Part shown: positions 54,907-55,155 of the stretch, piece after piece
Position numbering within the stretch: the first letter of the stretch is position 1
Layout: every line of letters begins with the position of its first letter
Assembly: GCA_050873585.1 (NCBI GenBank)
Contig: JBNMJA010000002.1
Location: 1-55,155 of the forward strand
DNA: 55,155 nucleotides
Reading direction: 5' to 3'
Origin: Bacillota bacterium
Lineage (GTDB): Bacteria > Bacillota > Clostridia > Christensenellales > CAG-917
Program-made: the position numbers and the translations under genes
Notes under the pieces: model-generated
Seen by the model: only the letters and a program-made list of their open reading frames with translations
What the model was told of the DNA's origin: nothing
Database searches by the model: none

Positions 54907-55155
54907 TGCGCCAAATCGGCATATAACAAGAAAGGCACGGCTTGAGCCGAAACCCAACGTACAAAGCGTACGTGATTTCGGAGCAAGTCGTGTTTTATAT
55001 AGTAAAAATAAGTGCGCCAAATCGATGCATAACGAGAAAGCGCCCCTTGAATGACAACCCTAATTTACCAAAGCGCAAATGTGTCGGCAGACCGTGAATA
55101 CTGCAAAACTATAGACTAAATAAGCGCTCCAAAGCGGCGTATAACAAGAAAGGCA
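54907..55155 (+). repeat. Tandem array of at least 3 degenerate units (period 106-112 bp), truncated by the window end
   Basis: The cores are tgcgccaaatcggcatataacaagaaaggca (54907), tgcgccaaatcgatgcataacgagaaagcgc (55013) and agcgctccaaagcggcgtataacaagaaaggca (55124). From about 55058 it also shares aaccctaatt and ctgcaaaacta with copy B. Confidence 0.6.
54936..54996 (+). terminator. Long hairpin plus T-run after the DUF1624 gene (member of the hairpin repeat family)
   Basis: CACGGCTTGAGCCGAAA ... TTTCGGAGCAAGTCGTG (17 positions; 14 Watson-Crick, 1 GU, 2 mismatches) encloses acgtac-aaagc-gtacgt and is followed by tttt. Confidence 0.6.

Noticed and set aside
54907-55155. A possible CRISPR array at the window end.
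   Set aside because: - The repeats are only ~70-85% identical to each other.
- The period is 106-112 bp, giving spacers of ~60-80 bp.
- There are no cas genes in the window.
- The units are related to other intergenic repeats, including ones that act as terminator hairpins.

Overview
This is a 55-kb chromosomal segment that looks like Bacillota/Clostridia. The evidence is a T-box leader on thrS, spmA/spmB, a metG-tatD-radical SAM-rsmA cluster, strong GGAGG Shine-Dalgarno sites and consensus sigma-A promoters. Almost every gene is on the minus strand.

The left half (1-25.7 kb) is mostly housekeeping or ordinary accessory genes:
- a decarboxylase carboxyltransferase plus an OadG-like subunit
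- a metallophosphoesterase and a GPH/MFS symporter
- thrS, guaB (Tritrichomonas-type IMPDH), trmO, rsmA, tatD and metG
- a HAD hydrolase, a type-B carboxylesterase and a DMT transporter
- spmAB and an SPFH/zinc-ribbon/DUF1858 trio

The right half is dominated by one uninterrupted 27.4-kb ORF (25951-53322, minus strand), encoding about 9,120 aa.
- It is driven by a perfect TTGACA-17-TATAAT promoter and closed by an intrinsic terminator.
- The N-terminus is a lipoprotein-type signal peptide.
- About 6,200 aa follow, built from roughly 14 very divergent supermodules. Each has amphipathic beta segments, a recurring LGIYLxxGxxYLDLSGxLG-type motif and an acidic Ser/Thr/Ala/Asp linker.
- One site carries a tandem array of 38-aa Tyr/Trp hairpin repeats.
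- A unique, compositionally deviant junction domain comes next.
- The C-terminal ~2,200 aa form an array of Ig-like 'V-x-V-x-W' units.
- I see no known anchor, secretion partner or catalytic signature.

A second theme is a family of degenerate ~100-110-bp-period repeat arrays and hairpins in 3' intergenic regions, with at least 4 loci.

All calls come from reading the translations and the DNA by eye. No database or HMM search was possible. CDS coordinates include the stop codon.
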